DNA of 45,831 nucleotides from Candidatus Omnitrophota bacterium (GCA_013203315.1 JABMQJ010000002.1:1-45831), one strand, 5' to 3'; shown: positions 36,265 through 45,831, counted from the first letter of the stretch. Numbers and translations: made by a program. Notes: generated from the letters alone by a model not told the origin.

Positions 36265-36980
36265 AAATTCAGGATTTTCTTTTGTGCGGTGAAAATCTTT
36301 TTCATTCCTTTTTTTGCAAGTTCGACCAGATTATTCATCTGGGTTACGGAAAAAGGCTCGCCTTCGGCTGTGCCCTGAATTTCAATTAACTTCCCTTTCC
36401 CTGTCATCACCACATTCATGTCTACGCTCGCGGTAGAATCTTCTTCATAATCCAAATCCAGAACTTCTTTGCCGCCAACAATACCTACGCTTATCGCGGC
36501 GACGTGGTCTCTGATGGGCATTTTATCAAAAGCACCTTCTTTTTTTAATTTCTCTAACGCAAGAACTAACGCAACAAAACATCCTGTAATGCTCGCGCAG
36601 CGCGTGCCGCCGTCGGCCTGCATTACGTCTGCGTCCATCCTGATCGTGCGCTCGCCCAACTTATCCATATCGCAGACAGACCGCAGTGAACGGCCTATAA
36701 GGCGTTGAATTTCCTGGGTCCTTCCCCCTAATTTACCTCTTGCGGCTTCTCTTACAATTCTCGATTTACAGGAACGCGGCAGCATTCCGTATTCCGCAGT
36801 TACCCAGCCGGTACCTTTGCCTTTTAAAAACCTGGGCACGCCTTCCTCCGCGGAAGCCGTGCACACTACTTTTGTGTTCCCTATTTCGATGAGGCAGGAT
36901 CCTTCGGCGAATTTCATAAAATCCGTGGTGATTTTCATTTTCCTTAAATCCGCCTGTTTTCTTTTGTCATGTCTTTTCAT
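36261..36980 (-). CDS. rph: Ribonuclease PH
   Basis: [39 protein letters not shown] and EIQGTAE motifs. Confidence 0.97.
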   Translation of the reverse strand: MKRHDKRKQADLRKMKITTDFMKFAEGSCLIEIGNTKVVCTASAEEGVPRFLKGKGTGWVTAEYGMLPRSCKSRIVREAARGKLGGRTQEIQRLIGRSLRSVCDMDKLGERTIRMDADVMQADGGTRCASITGCFVALVLALEKLKKEGAFDKMPIRDHVAAISVGIVGGKEVLDLDYEEDSTASVDMNVVMTGKGKLIEIQGTAEGEPFSVTQMNNLVELAKKGMKKIFTAQKKILNL

Positions 36981-37003
36981 TCATGCCTCCGTCTTCGGTA
37001 GTA

Positions 37004-37522
37004 TTAAAAAATATCTTTTCCTTTCGAATCTATGCCTACTATTAAAGGAAAATCTTCGACTTCTAATCTGTAAATAGCTTCGGGCCCCAGCTCTTTAAAC
37101 GATACAAGCTTGGACGACTTTATCCTCTTGGCCAGATACGCCCCTGCCCCGCCAATCGTTAAAAAGTAAACTGCTTTGTGTTTTTTTATTAGCCTCTTTA
37201 CCTCGGGCGATCTTCTCCCCTTCCCTATCATAGCGCCAAGGCCTTTTTTTAATAAAAGAGGGGTAAAATTGTCCATGCGGGAGCTGGTGGTAGGACCACA
37301 TGAACCGAAGAGGTTATCACGCCTTTCAGGCGTCGGACCTGCATAGTATATAATGGCGTCTTTTAGCTTAAGCGGAAGCCCTTTTCTTTTTTGCGTAAGT
37401 TCGGTTAATTTTTTATGCGCGGCATCCCGCGCAGTATAGATTGTGCCGGATAAAAGCAGTTCTTCACCGCATTTAAGCTTTAAACGTATATTTTTTGTTA
37501 GAGGAGTTTTTATTCTTCGCAT
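37004..37522 (-). CDS. Fe-S hydro-lyase (fumarate/tartrate) beta subunit
   Basis: TARDAAH, GPTTSSRM, MIGKG and LGPEAI motifs. Confidence 0.9.
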   Translation of the reverse strand: MRRIKTPLTKNIRLKLKCGEELLLSGTIYTARDAAHKKLTELTQKRKGLPLKLKDAIIYYAGPTPERRDNLFGSCGPTTSSRMDNFTPLLLKKGLGAMIGKGRRSPEVKRLIKKHKAVYFLTIGGAGAYLAKRIKSSKLVSFKELGPEAIYRLEVEDFPLIVGIDSKGKDIF

Positions 37523-37525
37523 GTG

Positions 37526-38368
37526 CTATATTGTTTTACTTGCACTTCGCGTAACATGGCAACTGACATTGATAGCAACCGGGAGTCCCGCGATGTGTGT
37601 CGGATATTCCAGGATATTCACGCCGAGACAGGTTGTCTTCCCACCTAAACCCATGGGACCGATGCCAAGCTTGTTTATTTTTTTCAATATTGTGTTTTCC
37701 AATTTTTTTAAGCTTTTCCTTGGGTTGGGTTTATCGATAGACGAAATAAGGGCTTCTTTGGCTAGTGACGCCGCTTTATCAAAAGATCCTCCAAGGCCTA
37801 TGCCGAGAATATACGGCGGGCAAGCATCGGGTCCTGCGGCTTTCGTGGTTTCAAGAACAAAATCAATTATTTCCTTTTCACCGTTTGTAGGTTTTAGCAT
37901 TTCAATTTTGCTCTTGTTTTCGCTGCCAAAACCTTTTGGTACGACGGTTATTTTCAACTTATCCCCTTTTACAATTTCGGTATGGATTACGGAAGGCGTA
38001 TTTGTATTGGTGTTAACCCTTAAAAGTGCGCTTTTTACGACGGATTTTCTTAAAAAACCTTTTTGGTATCCTTCCTTTACGCCGCCATCAATAGCAGCTT
38101 TTAAGTCCCCGCCTGCGAGTTTTACATTCTGGCCAATCCGGATATAGACAGACACTAACCCTGTATCCTGGCAAAGGGCGCGCTTTTCTTTTCTTGCGAT
38201 TTCGGCATTCCGGAGCAAAATCTCCAGTACACGCTTCGCCCTTTTATTGGTTTCGCCTCTCAAAGCTTTTTTCATGGCCTTTTTTATATCGTGGCGTAGA
38301 TTCATGTTAGCCTGAATACAAAGTTCCGAAACCGCTTTTTTAATTATGTTTACGTTTATTTTCCGCAT
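37526..38368 (-). CDS. Fe-S hydro-lyase (fumarate/tartrate) alpha subunit
   Basis: CQDTG, KGFGSEN, ACPP, GPMGLGG and HIAGLPVAINVSCH motifs. Confidence 0.9.
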   Translation of the reverse strand: MRKINVNIIKKAVSELCIQANMNLRHDIKKAMKKALRGETNKRAKRVLEILLRNAEIARKEKRALCQDTGLVSVYIRIGQNVKLAGGDLKAAIDGGVKEGYQKGFLRKSVVKSALLRVNTNTNTPSVIHTEIVKGDKLKITVVPKGFGSENKSKIEMLKPTNGEKEIIDFVLETTKAAGPDACPPYILGIGLGGSFDKAASLAKEALISSIDKPNPRKSLKKLENTILKKINKLGIGPMGLGGKTTCLGVNILEYPTHIAGLPVAINVSCHVTRSASKTI

Positions 38369-39156
38369 AGAATTACCTTTTTTGCTTTTATATTTTTTCC
38401 TAAAAACACTTTGGCCAGCGACGAGAAGCTTCCCTTGTCATCGCTTGCGAAAAACTTCGCATATGCTTTTTTATTATTTCCCAGCATATTTTTTTTCCTT
38501 AAAATATCTCTTGTACATTCCGCCGTGACCTTAGAAGAATCTATAAGAACTATATTTTTGCCGGTAATTTTTCGTATTGCTTTTTTTAAAAGCGGGTAAT
38601 GAGTGCACCCCAATATTAACGTATCTATTTTTTTTGCCAGTAGTGGTGATAAATATTTTTTGACCACCTTCAGGGTTATATCGTTATCAAGCCACTTATT
38701 TTCCACAAGCGGAACAAAAAGAGGGCAGCTTTTCTGAACCACGAAACAATTTCTGTCAATTGATTTTATCTTTGTTTCGTACACCCGGCTTGATATCGTC
38801 GCGCCTGTGCCTATAACCCCGATGCGCCCGGTACGACTTGCCTTAAGCGCTTCTTCCACGCCTGGCGTTATTACGCCAAGAATCGGAACGGAAAACGAGC
38901 GCTGTAGCGAGTCCAGGCTTAAGCTTGAGGCCGTATTGCAGGCAACAATAATAAGCTTTACTTTAAAATGTAAAAGAAACTTCGTTATTTCTTTTGAAAA
39001 CCGCGTAATTGTTTCCTTGGATTTGTTGCCATAAGGGACTCTTGCGGTGTCCCCGAAATATACGATGTTTTCTTTCGGAAGCAGGCGAAAAATCTTATCC
39101 GCAACCGTTAATCCTCCGACACCCGAATCAAATACGCCTATCGGCCTATTATCCAT
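38356..39156 (-). CDS. murI: Glutamate racemase
   Basis: FDSGVGGLTV, DTARVPYG, ACNTAS and LGCTHYP motifs. Confidence 0.97.
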   Translation of the reverse strand: MDNRPIGVFDSGVGGLTVADKIFRLLPKENIVYFGDTARVPYGNKSKETITRFSKEITKFLLHFKVKLIIVACNTASSLSLDSLQRSFSVPILGVITPGVEEALKASRTGRIGVIGTGATISSRVYETKIKSIDRNCFVVQKSCPLFVPLVENKWLDNDITLKVVKKYLSPLLAKKIDTLILGCTHYPLLKKAIRKITGKNIVLIDSSKVTAECTRDILRKKNMLGNNKKAYAKFFASDDKGSFSSLAKVFLGKNIKAKKVILCGK

Positions 39157-40256
39157 TACTTTGAAAATCCGTTGGTTCGTTCATATTCTCGTTCATACGT
39201 TGATATAGAGCGGGAGATGGCTTTTGCTATTCTTTCTCTGAAAGAAGCGTTTTTCAGTTTGGATTCTTCGCGCCTGTTAGTTAAGAAACCCACCTCAACA
39301 AGGATTGCGGGCATAAAAGCGCCCTTTAACACGACAAAACGCGCCCCCTTGACGCCTCTTTTTTTCAGACCAAGGCTATCGGCAGTTATGTTACATATGT
39401 AGTAAGCCATCTCTTTTGATTCTCTCCTATTTTCATTGAGTTGCATGTCCCACACGGTTGTTTTTGTGGCCAGATTTTCCCCTTTGGTAATTTCTCCTTC
39501 CTCGAATTTCAAGGAAGCGTTTTCAGCCGCTGCCAGAGCCCGCGCCCCGTCGTCAGTGGCATCAGACGGGTAGTACACCTCAAAGCCCCTCGCTTGCGAA
39601 TACCTTGATGCATTAGCGTGTATGCTAATAAAAAAATCTACGCCCCTTTCGTTGGCAAAGGCAGCCCTTTTGTAGAGCGGTACAGCTATGTCCTTTTGCC
39701 TTGTCAAAAGCACCCTGAAACCTTTTTTTTCTAAATCTCTTTTTAGCCTCTTGGCGATATCAAGGACCACGTGCTTCTCTCTGGTCCCGTACCTGCCCTT
39801 GGCCCCGGAGTCTTTTCCGCCATGGCCCGGGTCTATTACTATAGTTTTTATCTGATGGCGCTTCGCAATAAGAGCCGGTTTTTCTTCTAACCCGAACACC
39901 TGTTGCGACACAAAAACGGCTGTTCTAATAGGAATATACGCTGCACCGTCTTTGTATTCTATGGGGTAATCTAATTTTATTGATTTTTTATTTAGAAGCG
40001 CAAGATTAGAATCCGGCCTCAGAACAAGCGTATCATTACCGCGTTTCACCTTTATCCTCTGTGAAACCAAATCCCAGTCCCAGTCCAGGCCGTAGTAATC
40101 GCAAAACCTGAGAAACGGCACATACTGCATGGTGCCGAACGTAACGGTTTGGCTATAGAGAGGCGCTTGAGGCAGTCTTGTAATGCCCGCTTGGAACGCG
40201 CAGCCAAAAAGCAGAGAAGAAATAACTATTGATATTAGTAATTTTTTTATAGTCAT
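39156..40256 (-). CDS. N-acetylmuramoyl-L-alanine amidase (Amidase_3), probable lipoprotein
   Basis: IDPGHGGKD, EK, SIHAN, LVEVGF motifs; lipobox LFGC. Start placed at ATG 40256 (MTIKK); the ORF track extends to 40280. Confidence 0.88.
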   Translation of the reverse strand: MTIKKLLISIVISSLLFGCAFQAGITRLPQAPLYSQTVTFGTMQYVPFLRFCDYYGLDWDWDLVSQRIKVKRGNDTLVLRPDSNLALLNKKSIKLDYPIEYKDGAAYIPIRTAVFVSQQVFGLEEKPALIAKRHQIKTIVIDPGHGGKDSGAKGRYGTREKHVVLDIAKRLKRDLEKKGFRVLLTRQKDIAVPLYKRAAFANERGVDFFISIHANASRYSQARGFEVYYPSDATDDGARALAAAENASLKFEEGEITKGENLATKTTVWDMQLNENRRESKEMAYYICNITADSLGLKKRGVKGARFVVLKGAFMPAILVEVGFLTNRREESKLKNASFRERIAKAISRSISTYEREYERTNGFSK

Positions 40257-40290
40257 GATTTTTAAAAGGCCCTTCGTCATTGCAGATTAA

Positions 40291-40394
40291 GATCCTTCAC
40301 TCCACAAAAAATGTTTCTACTTGTTGCATTTTTTTGCGTCGCTCAGGATCAATTCCGCCTTTGGCGGAATTGATGGAGCCCCCGCTCCCTCTGA
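40291..40394. repeat. Compound palindromic element in the amidase operon leader
   Basis: Minus strand GATCCT-GA-GC-GA-CGCAAAAAAATG...CATTTTTTGTG-GA-GT-GA-AGGATC, adjoining the perfect 12-bp stem ATCAATTCCGCC-TTT-GGCGGAATTGAT and GGAGC-CCCC-GCTCC. Confidence 0.7.
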
Positions 40395-40623
40395 ATTTAC
40401 AATATAGCATAATAATTTCGAATCCTCAAGAAGTTTTACCACATGGCTCGCTACCAATTTTTTCTTAGTAAAGTACCAAACGCTATAAGAAGGCGATGGA
40501 CACAATATTCTTGCCTGTTAATAATTCGTTGCCATTTGGACGCTTAAATGCTAATATAATTAGTGTTTATATGAATGAAAACTGGAGAATCGTAGAATTT
40601 AGTAAAAAGGGGTATAGAAAAAC

Positions 40624-41427
40624 GTGAAAATAGCTGTATTGGGTAGCGCGGGGCTGATTGGCAAGGCCCTTTGCAAAAAGCTCAAGGAGTTAAAGATTGT
40701 CGAAAAAATAGATGGATACGATATATTGAATGGTGATCACCAGGATTTAAGAAGGAAAGAGGTTTTTGACGAGCCTTATGATTACTGCTTTTTTTTAGCA
40801 TGCGATGTTGGGGGAATTAAGTATTTAGAAAACAAAGGAAACCAGGCCAACATCATAAAGAATAATATTCGCATTTCAGACAATGTTTTCAGAAAGTTAG
40901 AAAAGCATAATACTCCCTTTCTTTTTGCCAGCTCTCAATTGGAGCAACAAAGATCTGCGTACGGCGCGATAAAGAGATTAGGCGAAGAATATACCAGGCT
41001 TCTGGGAGGTCAGGTAGCAAGATTCTGGAACGTCTATGGCTATGAAGCAATAGGTAAGAAAAGCCATGTTATCCCTGATTTTATCCACCAGGCGTTAACA
41101 AACAAAAGAATACAATGTATGAGCGATGGCTCCGAGAAAAGACAATTTATCTATGCCGCTGATTGCGCAGAGGGGCTTATTGCTACAATGCAGAATCCGG
41201 CTTTAAAATTAGTTGACCTAACCAGTAGAGAGTGGATATCGATTAAAGAAATAACTCTTTTAATAGAAAAGCTCACCGGGGCAAAGGCAACCTTTACGGG
41301 TAAAAATTACCCCTCGTATAAATACATAGAACCCACGCACAACGAAATTCATAAATTGTGGAAAATGCAGTGCACGATGGAAGGCGGCATTAAGGAAATA
41401 ATAGAATTATACAAAAAGGATATCTAA
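40624..41427 (+). CDS. NAD-dependent epimerase/dehydratase (nucleotide-sugar)
   Basis: GSAGLIG, FASS, YGAIK (YxxxK), RFWNVYG and RQFIYAAD motifs; GTG start. Confidence 0.85.
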   Translation: MKIAVLGSAGLIGKALCKKLKELKIVEKIDGYDILNGDHQDLRRKEVFDEPYDYCFFLACDVGGIKYLENKGNQANIIKNNIRISDNVFRKLEKHNTPFLFASSQLEQQRSAYGAIKRLGEEYTRLLGGQVARFWNVYGYEAIGKKSHVIPDFIHQALTNKRIQCMSDGSEKRQFIYAADCAEGLIATMQNPALKLVDLTSREWISIKEITLLIEKLTGAKATFTGKNYPSYKYIEPTHNEIHKLWKMQCTMEGGIKEIIELYKKDI

Positions 41428-41613
41428 CATCAAAATTTTTATCCAAACTCGTTAAATTTTAACAACATGTACCGCTTCTCAAAAGAGAGCTGAGCACAAT
41501 TTTGTTCAACCTATTTGGCTTTGAATATTTTCTTTGCCATTTTACACCCCTTTCTGTTACCATATTCTAACATAAACTTTCGCGCAGTTTAGTTTAAGGA
41601 GGCCTAGTTAGTA

Positions 41614-42078
41614 ATGAAACATAAAATTTCTATTTTTATTCCGGTGTTTAATGAAGAAAGGATAATTGAGAGGGATATAAAAGCGCTTGATTACGTAATA
41701 AAGAAAATACCCGTCGAATATGAAATATTTATAGTAAACGACTCCTCAAAGGATAGAACTAAAATAATTGCTAAAAAAATCGAACAATCAAACAGCAAAG
41801 TTACATTGCTTAATTACGAGATAAATCCTACCCGTAGGGAAAATCTTGCTCAGTCCTTTAAGAAGGCAAGCGGGGACATTATTGCTTTCGTTGATATAGA
41901 TTTAATTGCCAGCCTTCGTTTTTTGCCGGAGTTAATAAATCAAATAATTTTAGGCTATGATATTGCAACAGGTAATTGTCGCACGCCGCTACCTCGTAAA
42001 ACCACGAGCGGCGTGCCTGTCGCGTTCGGAACGACCTCGCCGTTCGCCTCAAACTATCACGAAAAACTCCGTTTCTAA
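41614..42078 (+). pseudogene. Truncated GT2 (DPM-synthase-like) glycosyltransferase
   Basis: IPVFNEE, VNDSSKD and DID motifs; family-like sequence stops at GYDIATG (about 41973), where palindromic non-coding-like DNA takes over. Confidence 0.75.
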
Positions 42079-42343
42079 CAAAGCTCGTGGCGTGTGTGTC
42101 CGCCTTATCCCGCAAGTCTCATCTGCGTAAGTTAAAACGTAATTTAGCAAAACTGGATACAAAGAGTCGCAAGAAGGCGAGTGGCCGAGGCTCTTCAAAC
42201 TTATAAGACGACGCATTCGGCTTTTTGCCCGCATCAAAAAGCCGAATGCATTGGTTAGTTTTCGATTTCTTTCAAAATAGATATTCGGCAAAAAAGAATG
42301 ATAATGCCTGTTTCTTTTCGGAAAAAGATGAAACTCGGAATTT

Positions 42344-43609
42344 CTATGTCTTAAGTATCTTTTCGTAAAGCTTAAGATAGCGCTTGGCTTGAGTTTGGAG
42401 GGTGTACTCTTTTTCTACGAGTTTTCGTGCGTTTTCTCCCATCTCTTGGCGTTCTTTAGGGTGGGTTATCATGTATTCCATCTTGTCGGTCAGGTCTTGG
42501 GTGTCCTTTAGCTCTGCGAGTAGACCTGTTTTGTGGGGGTTTATCATGTCTGGTATCCCACCTGTATTAAAACCTATGGGAGGGGTTTCGCAGGCCATGG
42601 ATTCAAGGCAGGTCTGGCCGAACGCTTCTTCCAGGGATGGGACTACAAGCACGTCACAGCTTGAGTAAACAGAGGATAGCAAGGCTTTATCATGTATATA
42701 GCCCAATTGATATATGGGAAATCTCACATCTTTAGAAAAACGATCCGTGTCCTGTTCGGGGCCGAAGGTAACTAAGGCTGTAGTAGAGGAGTCTATTTTA
42801 TTTTTAAGGAGTTTTAGGGTTTCTAATAAATATTTAAAGCCTTTGTTTTTTGAAAGATAATAAGCTCCGAAGAGAATGAGGGTTTTGTCCCGTGGTAGCC
42901 TTAACAGGTCTCTTGAGTAGTATTTGTCGCGTTTTTTAAATATAGATGTTGATAGACCGTGGGGGATATTATATATTTGGAAATTTTTGAACAATAGGCT
43001 TTTTTTCACGCAATCCGCCAGGTGTTTGCTTGCTGCTACAATAGATATATTACATCCCTTGTAAGCTTTTTCCTTTCTCATGAAGATTCTTCTCGATAAA
43101 TCATTGGGATCATTAGAGCCTAATTGAGGACATGAACCGCAGCCTGTCTGGTATTTTGTACATTCGCCGGGAACATGGCATCCACCTGTGATAGGATTTC
43201 TATCGTGCAAGGTCCAGATTACGGGTTTGTTGGCTATGCTTGAAAAGAATTCATTATAATCAATTATCTGCGCTATCCAGTGTAAGTTAATAATATCTGC
43301 TTCTTTAACAAGCGGGTGGTTGCTTACGTTGTATATCGTCCTGTCATCTGTGAATAAATCAAGCCCTTTGGGGCGGGTTTTTCTGTATGCATTCGTTTCT
43401 GAAGAAATCGCTTTATTGCATACTTTATTCCGCAGGGAGTTAAAAATGTTGTTATGTTGTTTGAATTGCACAACACCGCTATCAGATGAAGTACAGTCTA
43501 AAACCAGTACCTTAGACTCAAGCCCTATAGACTTTAATCCAAGGTGAAGCCTAAGAGCTGCTCCTCCTGCTCCAGGACTATCCATTTTGCATATGTGTAG
43601 GATTTTCAT
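42344..43609 (-). CDS. GT4 glycosyltransferase (WcaC-like)
   Basis: GAGGAALRLH, NLHW, WTLHD, GGCH, NKG and EAFGQTCLESMAC motifs. Confidence 0.9.
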   Translation of the reverse strand: MKILHICKMDSPGAGGAALRLHLGLKSIGLESKVLVLDCTSSDSGVVQFKQHNNIFNSLRNKVCNKAISSETNAYRKTRPKGLDLFTDDRTIYNVSNHPLVKEADIINLHWIAQIIDYNEFFSSIANKPVIWTLHDRNPITGGCHVPGECTKYQTGCGSCPQLGSNDPNDLSRRIFMRKEKAYKGCNISIVAASKHLADCVKKSLLFKNFQIYNIPHGLSTSIFKKRDKYYSRDLLRLPRDKTLILFGAYYLSKNKGFKYLLETLKLLKNKIDSSTTALVTFGPEQDTDRFSKDVRFPIYQLGYIHDKALLSSVYSSCDVLVVPSLEEAFGQTCLESMACETPPIGFNTGGIPDMINPHKTGLLAELKDTQDLTDKMEYMITHPKERQEMGENARKLVEKEYTLQTQAKRYLKLYEKILKT

Positions 43610-43610
43610 A

Positions 43611-44573
43611 TTATTTGAGCAATCCTGTGTTGATCAAATTTTTTAACTTTTTTTTGATTATAGAGAAATATTGTATTATTTTCCACTTAAGCGTGTCCCT
43701 TTCCCTCATCTGGTTGCCCCCGTGATTGTGATAAAATATATAATTATCCGCTTTTCGATCTGACATAACAAAAGAAGGGTGTTTTATTTCCCATATATCA
43801 GTTGTCGGAAGATCTGCGTAAGGGGAAGTTTCTACGCAATGAGTGCTTTCTACGGATCCGAAACCGATGTTTGATATAAGGTTTGTTTTAGGAATTATTG
43901 CCAAGCCATTCTGTCTTAGGCAGGCATAATGCCATTGATAATCCCAGGTATCTATCTTTCCTTCAAACATGCAGTCTAATGTATCAATCCAATATTTTCG
44001 CTCGTAAGGATCCTTCCACGCCGAAAAAACCATATTTGATTTTTTATATCCAGGCCATGTTTTCATATCGACATCGTAGTATTGCCATGCCCTCCTCCAG
44101 GTAGCCCAGCCCCAGACAGGGGGATACTGCGAAAAATAATAACTATAATTGGTTTTGCTAGTGCCAAATTGAAAATTGCTGCCACCTATATGCGTTACTC
44201 GACCATCATATCGATAGTGCTCAAGCAACGTTTGGCAAAAATAAAAGAAAGATGGGGCAGGCAGGCAATCGTCCTCCAGGATAATCGCTTCCTCAACTTT
44301 TGAGAATACCCAGTCCAATCCGCTTGAGATACGCCTCTTGCACCCTAAATTTGTATCCGCATAGTTCTTTATTACTTCGCAATCCCAGTTAATTTCTTCG
44401 ATAATCGTGCGCGCGGCAGCGCATTTTTTTATATCGTCTACCTGTCCATCTCGAGGACCGTCAGCAACTACGAAAAGTTTGGTCGGTTTCGCCTGCGCAA
44501 TTGCTTTAAAAACACGTTCAGTAAGGTGTGGACGATTAAAAATCATGAATACAACGGGTGTCACGATATCCAT
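43611..44573 (-). CDS. GT-A fold glycosyltransferase (often annotated HlpA-like)
   Basis: FNRP, ADGPR, NLGC, ILEDDC, WGWATWRRAW, WDYQW and ISNIGFG motifs. Confidence 0.8.
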   Translation of the reverse strand: MDIVTPVVFMIFNRPHLTERVFKAIAQAKPTKLFVVADGPRDGQVDDIKKCAAARTIIEEINWDCEVIKNYADTNLGCKRRISSGLDWVFSKVEEAIILEDDCLPAPSFFYFCQTLLEHYRYDGRVTHIGGSNFQFGTSKTNYSYYFSQYPPVWGWATWRRAWQYYDVDMKTWPGYKKSNMVFSAWKDPYERKYWIDTLDCMFEGKIDTWDYQWHYACLRQNGLAIIPKTNLISNIGFGSVESTHCVETSPYADLPTTDIWEIKHPSFVMSDRKADNYIFYHNHGGNQMRERDTLKWKIIQYFSIIKKKLKNLINTGLLK

Positions 44574-44601
44574 GTCTTAAACCATGTTAATTTTTGCACT
44601 A

Positions 44602-45306
44602 CTAAGGGCTACCTTGTATCGAACTTATATATGGTGCTATTTTCGTTAAACCAGGTGCCCACCAGTAAACATTAAAGTTTAAAATCTTCAAATAATAATT
44701 GAGCTCGAAATCGATAGGCATAACTATTTTATCTATTTTATCTAAAAGCTTCTTTGCCGCTTCAAAAGTTATTATATAGGAATCCGTACAATTTGTTGCA
44801 GGATGCGCTCTTTTGTAAACATATTTACCGGGTTGCGTTGCAAGTGGTATGGAATTTCCTGAACCGTCGTTTAGTTTGTCCCAGGAAAAATGGCTACTAA
44901 AATAAATCATATCATAATCCCGTGGGGTTTGTTTAAGATAAAGATTGAATGTTTCACAAAAATTTTTATCTAAAATAACATCGTCTTCCACAATAATGGC
45001 TTCTTTTATCTCCTTATCAACTACTTGCCTGTAGCATTCCAAGTGTTTCAAGGCCAGTGAAATTTCAGATTTCTTTAGTTTTCTATAAGTCGGTGGCTCT
45101 TTATAAAGATCAAGGCATCTCTTATGCCACAGTTTTGGTTCTGGGGCATAAGCCTTGTTGATTAAGCTATCTATATCCTCTTGGTCAAATTTCTCTACCC
45201 AGATAGGAGTAATAGCTAACTCATCGAGTTGCCGACTCAAAGCTTTTTTTCTTTCTTTTAATCTAGTATAATGAGGTATGAAGAGTTTATCAATTTTTAG
45301 CTTCAT
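44602..45306 (-). CDS. GT25 (Lex1/LOS biosynthesis-like) glycosyltransferase
   Basis: ERK, SEISLALKH, IVEDD, DSYII...AAKKLL and PID motifs. Confidence 0.8.
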   Translation of the reverse strand: MKLKIDKLFIPHYTRLKERKKALSRQLDELAITPIWVEKFDQEDIDSLINKAYAPEPKLWHKRCLDLYKEPPTYRKLKKSEISLALKHLECYRQVVDKEIKEAIIVEDDVILDKNFCETFNLYLKQTPRDYDMIYFSSHFSWDKLNDGSGNSIPLATQPGKYVYKRAHPATNCTDSYIITFEAAKKLLDKIDKIVMPIDFELNYYLKILNFNVYWWAPGLTKIAPYISSIQGSP

Positions 45307-45508
45307 AATGGATGTTCTATTACTTTTTTTAAATCGTTATAAACTTGGGCTGTTTTTTTCTTTTATAACTTTGACCTTGTAACCGTCTATTTCATCGTCA
45401 TCCTTTAGATTAAGTATTCTGGATGTGTACCAGCAATGTCGAACTTTCTTATTAATAAAAATGGAATGCTGCTGAAAACTTCCTTCACAGTCATGGCTTG
45501 CTACTGAT

Positions 45509-45584
45509 TGGTGGAGCTGAGGGGGATCGAACCCCTGACCTCATGCATGCCATGCACGCGCTCTTCCAGCTGAGCTACAGCCCC
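45509..45584 (-). tRNA. tRNA-Ala(GGC), CCA encoded
   Basis: GGGGCTGTAGCTCAGCTGGAAGAGCG-CGTGC-ATGGCAT-GCATG-AGGTCAGGGGTTCGATCCCCCTCAGCTCCACCA; G3:U70 pair. Confidence 0.95.
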
Positions 45585-45685
45585 AAAATTGTGAAACAAT
45601 TTTGATCCTGAAACAATGTTATCAATCCGACCCATGAGAGGATTGATCATTGTTGAAGGACCTTTCTTACTTCTGAAGGACCTTA
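45585..45685 (-). repeat. 101-bp tRNA-leader structured repeat, copy 2
   Basis: 96/101 identical to 27098-27198; ends flush with G1 of tRNA-Ala. Confidence 0.92.
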
Positions 45686-45805
45686 GTTTTCTCTTATTTC
45701 CTTTAAATTATACCAAACCAAAAAGAAATCACAAGCAAAATATACCGCACACAGGCAAATATGTTGAATATAAAACGTTATATGCTATAATAATGTGAAT
45801 TTCAT

Positions 45806-45831
45806 GCCGAAGTGGCGGAACTGGCAGACGC
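45806..45831 (+). tRNA. 5' part of a tRNA, probably Leu, truncated by the window edge
   Basis: GCCGAAGTGGCGGAACTGGCAGACGC has the same D-arm as tRNA-Leu at 397-478; TTGAAT-16-TATAAT upstream. Confidence 0.75.

Noticed and set aside
5433-39402. Many long antisense ORFs (e.g. 5433-6020, 12505-13035, 14274-14966, 37443-38147)
   Set aside because: Shadow frames opposite well-supported genes; no motifs or RBS.
40371-40380. TGATGGAGCC as an att duplicate of the tRNA-Ala 3' end
   Set aside because: Only 8 of 10 bases match, and it is explained by the local palindromes.
41879-42291. Minus-strand ORFs and a GTGCG suggesting a group II intron
   Set aside because: No domain V motif or RT frame; the ORFs lack recognisable motifs.
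45406-45424. 17/18 match to ATCCAGAATACTTTATCT of the trailer repeat, downstream of tRNA-Ala
   Set aside because: Opposite orientation relative to the tRNA and none of the other conserved blocks present; may be chance.

Overview
Chromosomal window (about 40% GC by eye) from a probably anaerobic, diderm bacterium. The lineage cannot be fixed from sequence alone. Contents: (i) seven complete tRNA genes plus one cut off at the window edge; (ii) a minus-strand nitrogen/2-oxoglutarate/NADPH cluster (nfnA-nfnB, icd, glnA, a GAF-ANTAR regulator, gdhA, carB without carA, a DUF1846 protein, a GAF-HD-GYP protein) next to mnmA; (iii) a redox operon containing a deoxyhypusine-synthase-like gene, divergent from homospermidine synthase plus ornithine decarboxylase; (iv) split Wzc/tyrosine kinase/Wza-type polysaccharide export genes; (v) an amidase-murI-fumarate hydratase-rph-rdgB operon; (vi) a glycosyltransferase patch at the 3' end of tRNA-Ala. 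Main signals not in the ORF track: two homologous dual-hairpin/terminator leaders of the ANTAR type in front of gdhA and nfnAB, which imply a local GAF-ANTAR antitermination regulon; a 101-bp structured element (96/101 identical) flush against the 5' ends of two different tRNAs; a second, roughly 107-bp structured element conserved downstream of two other tRNAs; and a family of hairpins with tandem GA/GA mismatches. All family assignments come from motif recognition, not database searches.
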